Below are positions 63,331 through 64,000 of a DNA stretch of 64,000 bases, one piece after another. The notes under the pieces were generated by a model, which was given only the letters and a program-made list of their open reading frames with translations, did not search any database and was not told the origin of the DNA. The position numbers and the translations under genes were made by a program. Origin of the DNA: Welwitschia mirabilis (lineage: Eukaryota); contig JBOZIK010000001.1 in assembly GCA_051453625.1 (NCBI GenBank), positions 35,169,008 to 35,233,007 on the forward strand. The letters are read 5' to 3'. Every line of letters starts with the position of its first letter. Within the stretch, counting starts at the first letter, position 1.

Positions 63331-64000
63331 CTTCTAATAAACTTCACAATCCTAGTCATTAAAAGTTTGTAATTTTCTAAAGAGAATTATTATTATCTCT
63401 CTAAACATAAATTAGAAAATAATTTAATGTTAAGATAGTAGGAATAGATAGAAAATTAAACATTATAAAGATCGCTGATATTATCTCATGAAGCATTACA
63501 AATTGACATACTTAAATGGAAGGGATTTGATAGATTAATAAGGCACTTTTATCCTAAGCAAGTTAAATGAGGTAGCATATCAATGTTTAGTTCATGAGAT
63601 GAAAAATATGTAGAAACTCTCAAAAGAAGCTCTTTAAATGCCCAACTTAGTTATATGCCATTACAAAAGATCTATAATTTCAAATGCACTATAGAGAATA
63701 TTTAGGTAAAAAAATTTTAAATGTGGAAAGCATATTTTAAATAAAGTTTTTGTGTAAACATTTAAAAATATTTATTAAAATTTAAAACAATTAGGAGTTA
63801 GTGCATTCTAAAATTTGTGAAACTATATCAATTAAGATGTTGAGAGATAGATGCTACTTCACCAATTTCATAGATAACTACACCAAAAAGATGTGGATTA
63901 ATTACTTTTTTCATATGTTATAAAATTGTAATTTTTCTAGACATGAAAAATGTTTTCTAAAAGTAAATCAAACTACAAGATCAAGACATTTACATAGATA

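Overview
This is plant nuclear DNA from a draft scaffold with many N gaps. It is very AT-rich and strongly CpG-depleted, and I found no intact protein-coding or RNA genes. Most of the window is old, nested, decayed LTR retrotransposons. These include a near full-length Athila-type Ty3/gypsy element (about 44.2-56.4 kb, +), several more Athila-type LTR, PPT and PBS pieces, and a SIRE-type Ty1/copia pol (about 60.9-63.3 kb, -). There are also SIRE-type LTRs and older copia RT remnants. The highlight is a ~10 kb non-autonomous CACTA (En/Spm)-type DNA transposon at 16090-26064. It has decayed terminal inverted repeats, subterminal repeat arrays and a 3-bp TAA target-site duplication, which an uninterrupted paralogous LTR at 30.6-32.9 kb confirms. 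It behaves as a Pack-CACTA carrying pseudogenised fragments of at least four unrelated host genes, none visible in the ORF track: a C3H18-like CCCH zinc-finger gene, a trehalose-6-phosphate phosphatase, a PARP3-like gene and a peroxisomal citrate synthase. It also holds several unidentified exon-like blocks and an internal ~150-bp inverted-repeat pair. All protein identifications come from manual translation and recalled motifs, not database searches. Boundaries of decayed elements are approximate.
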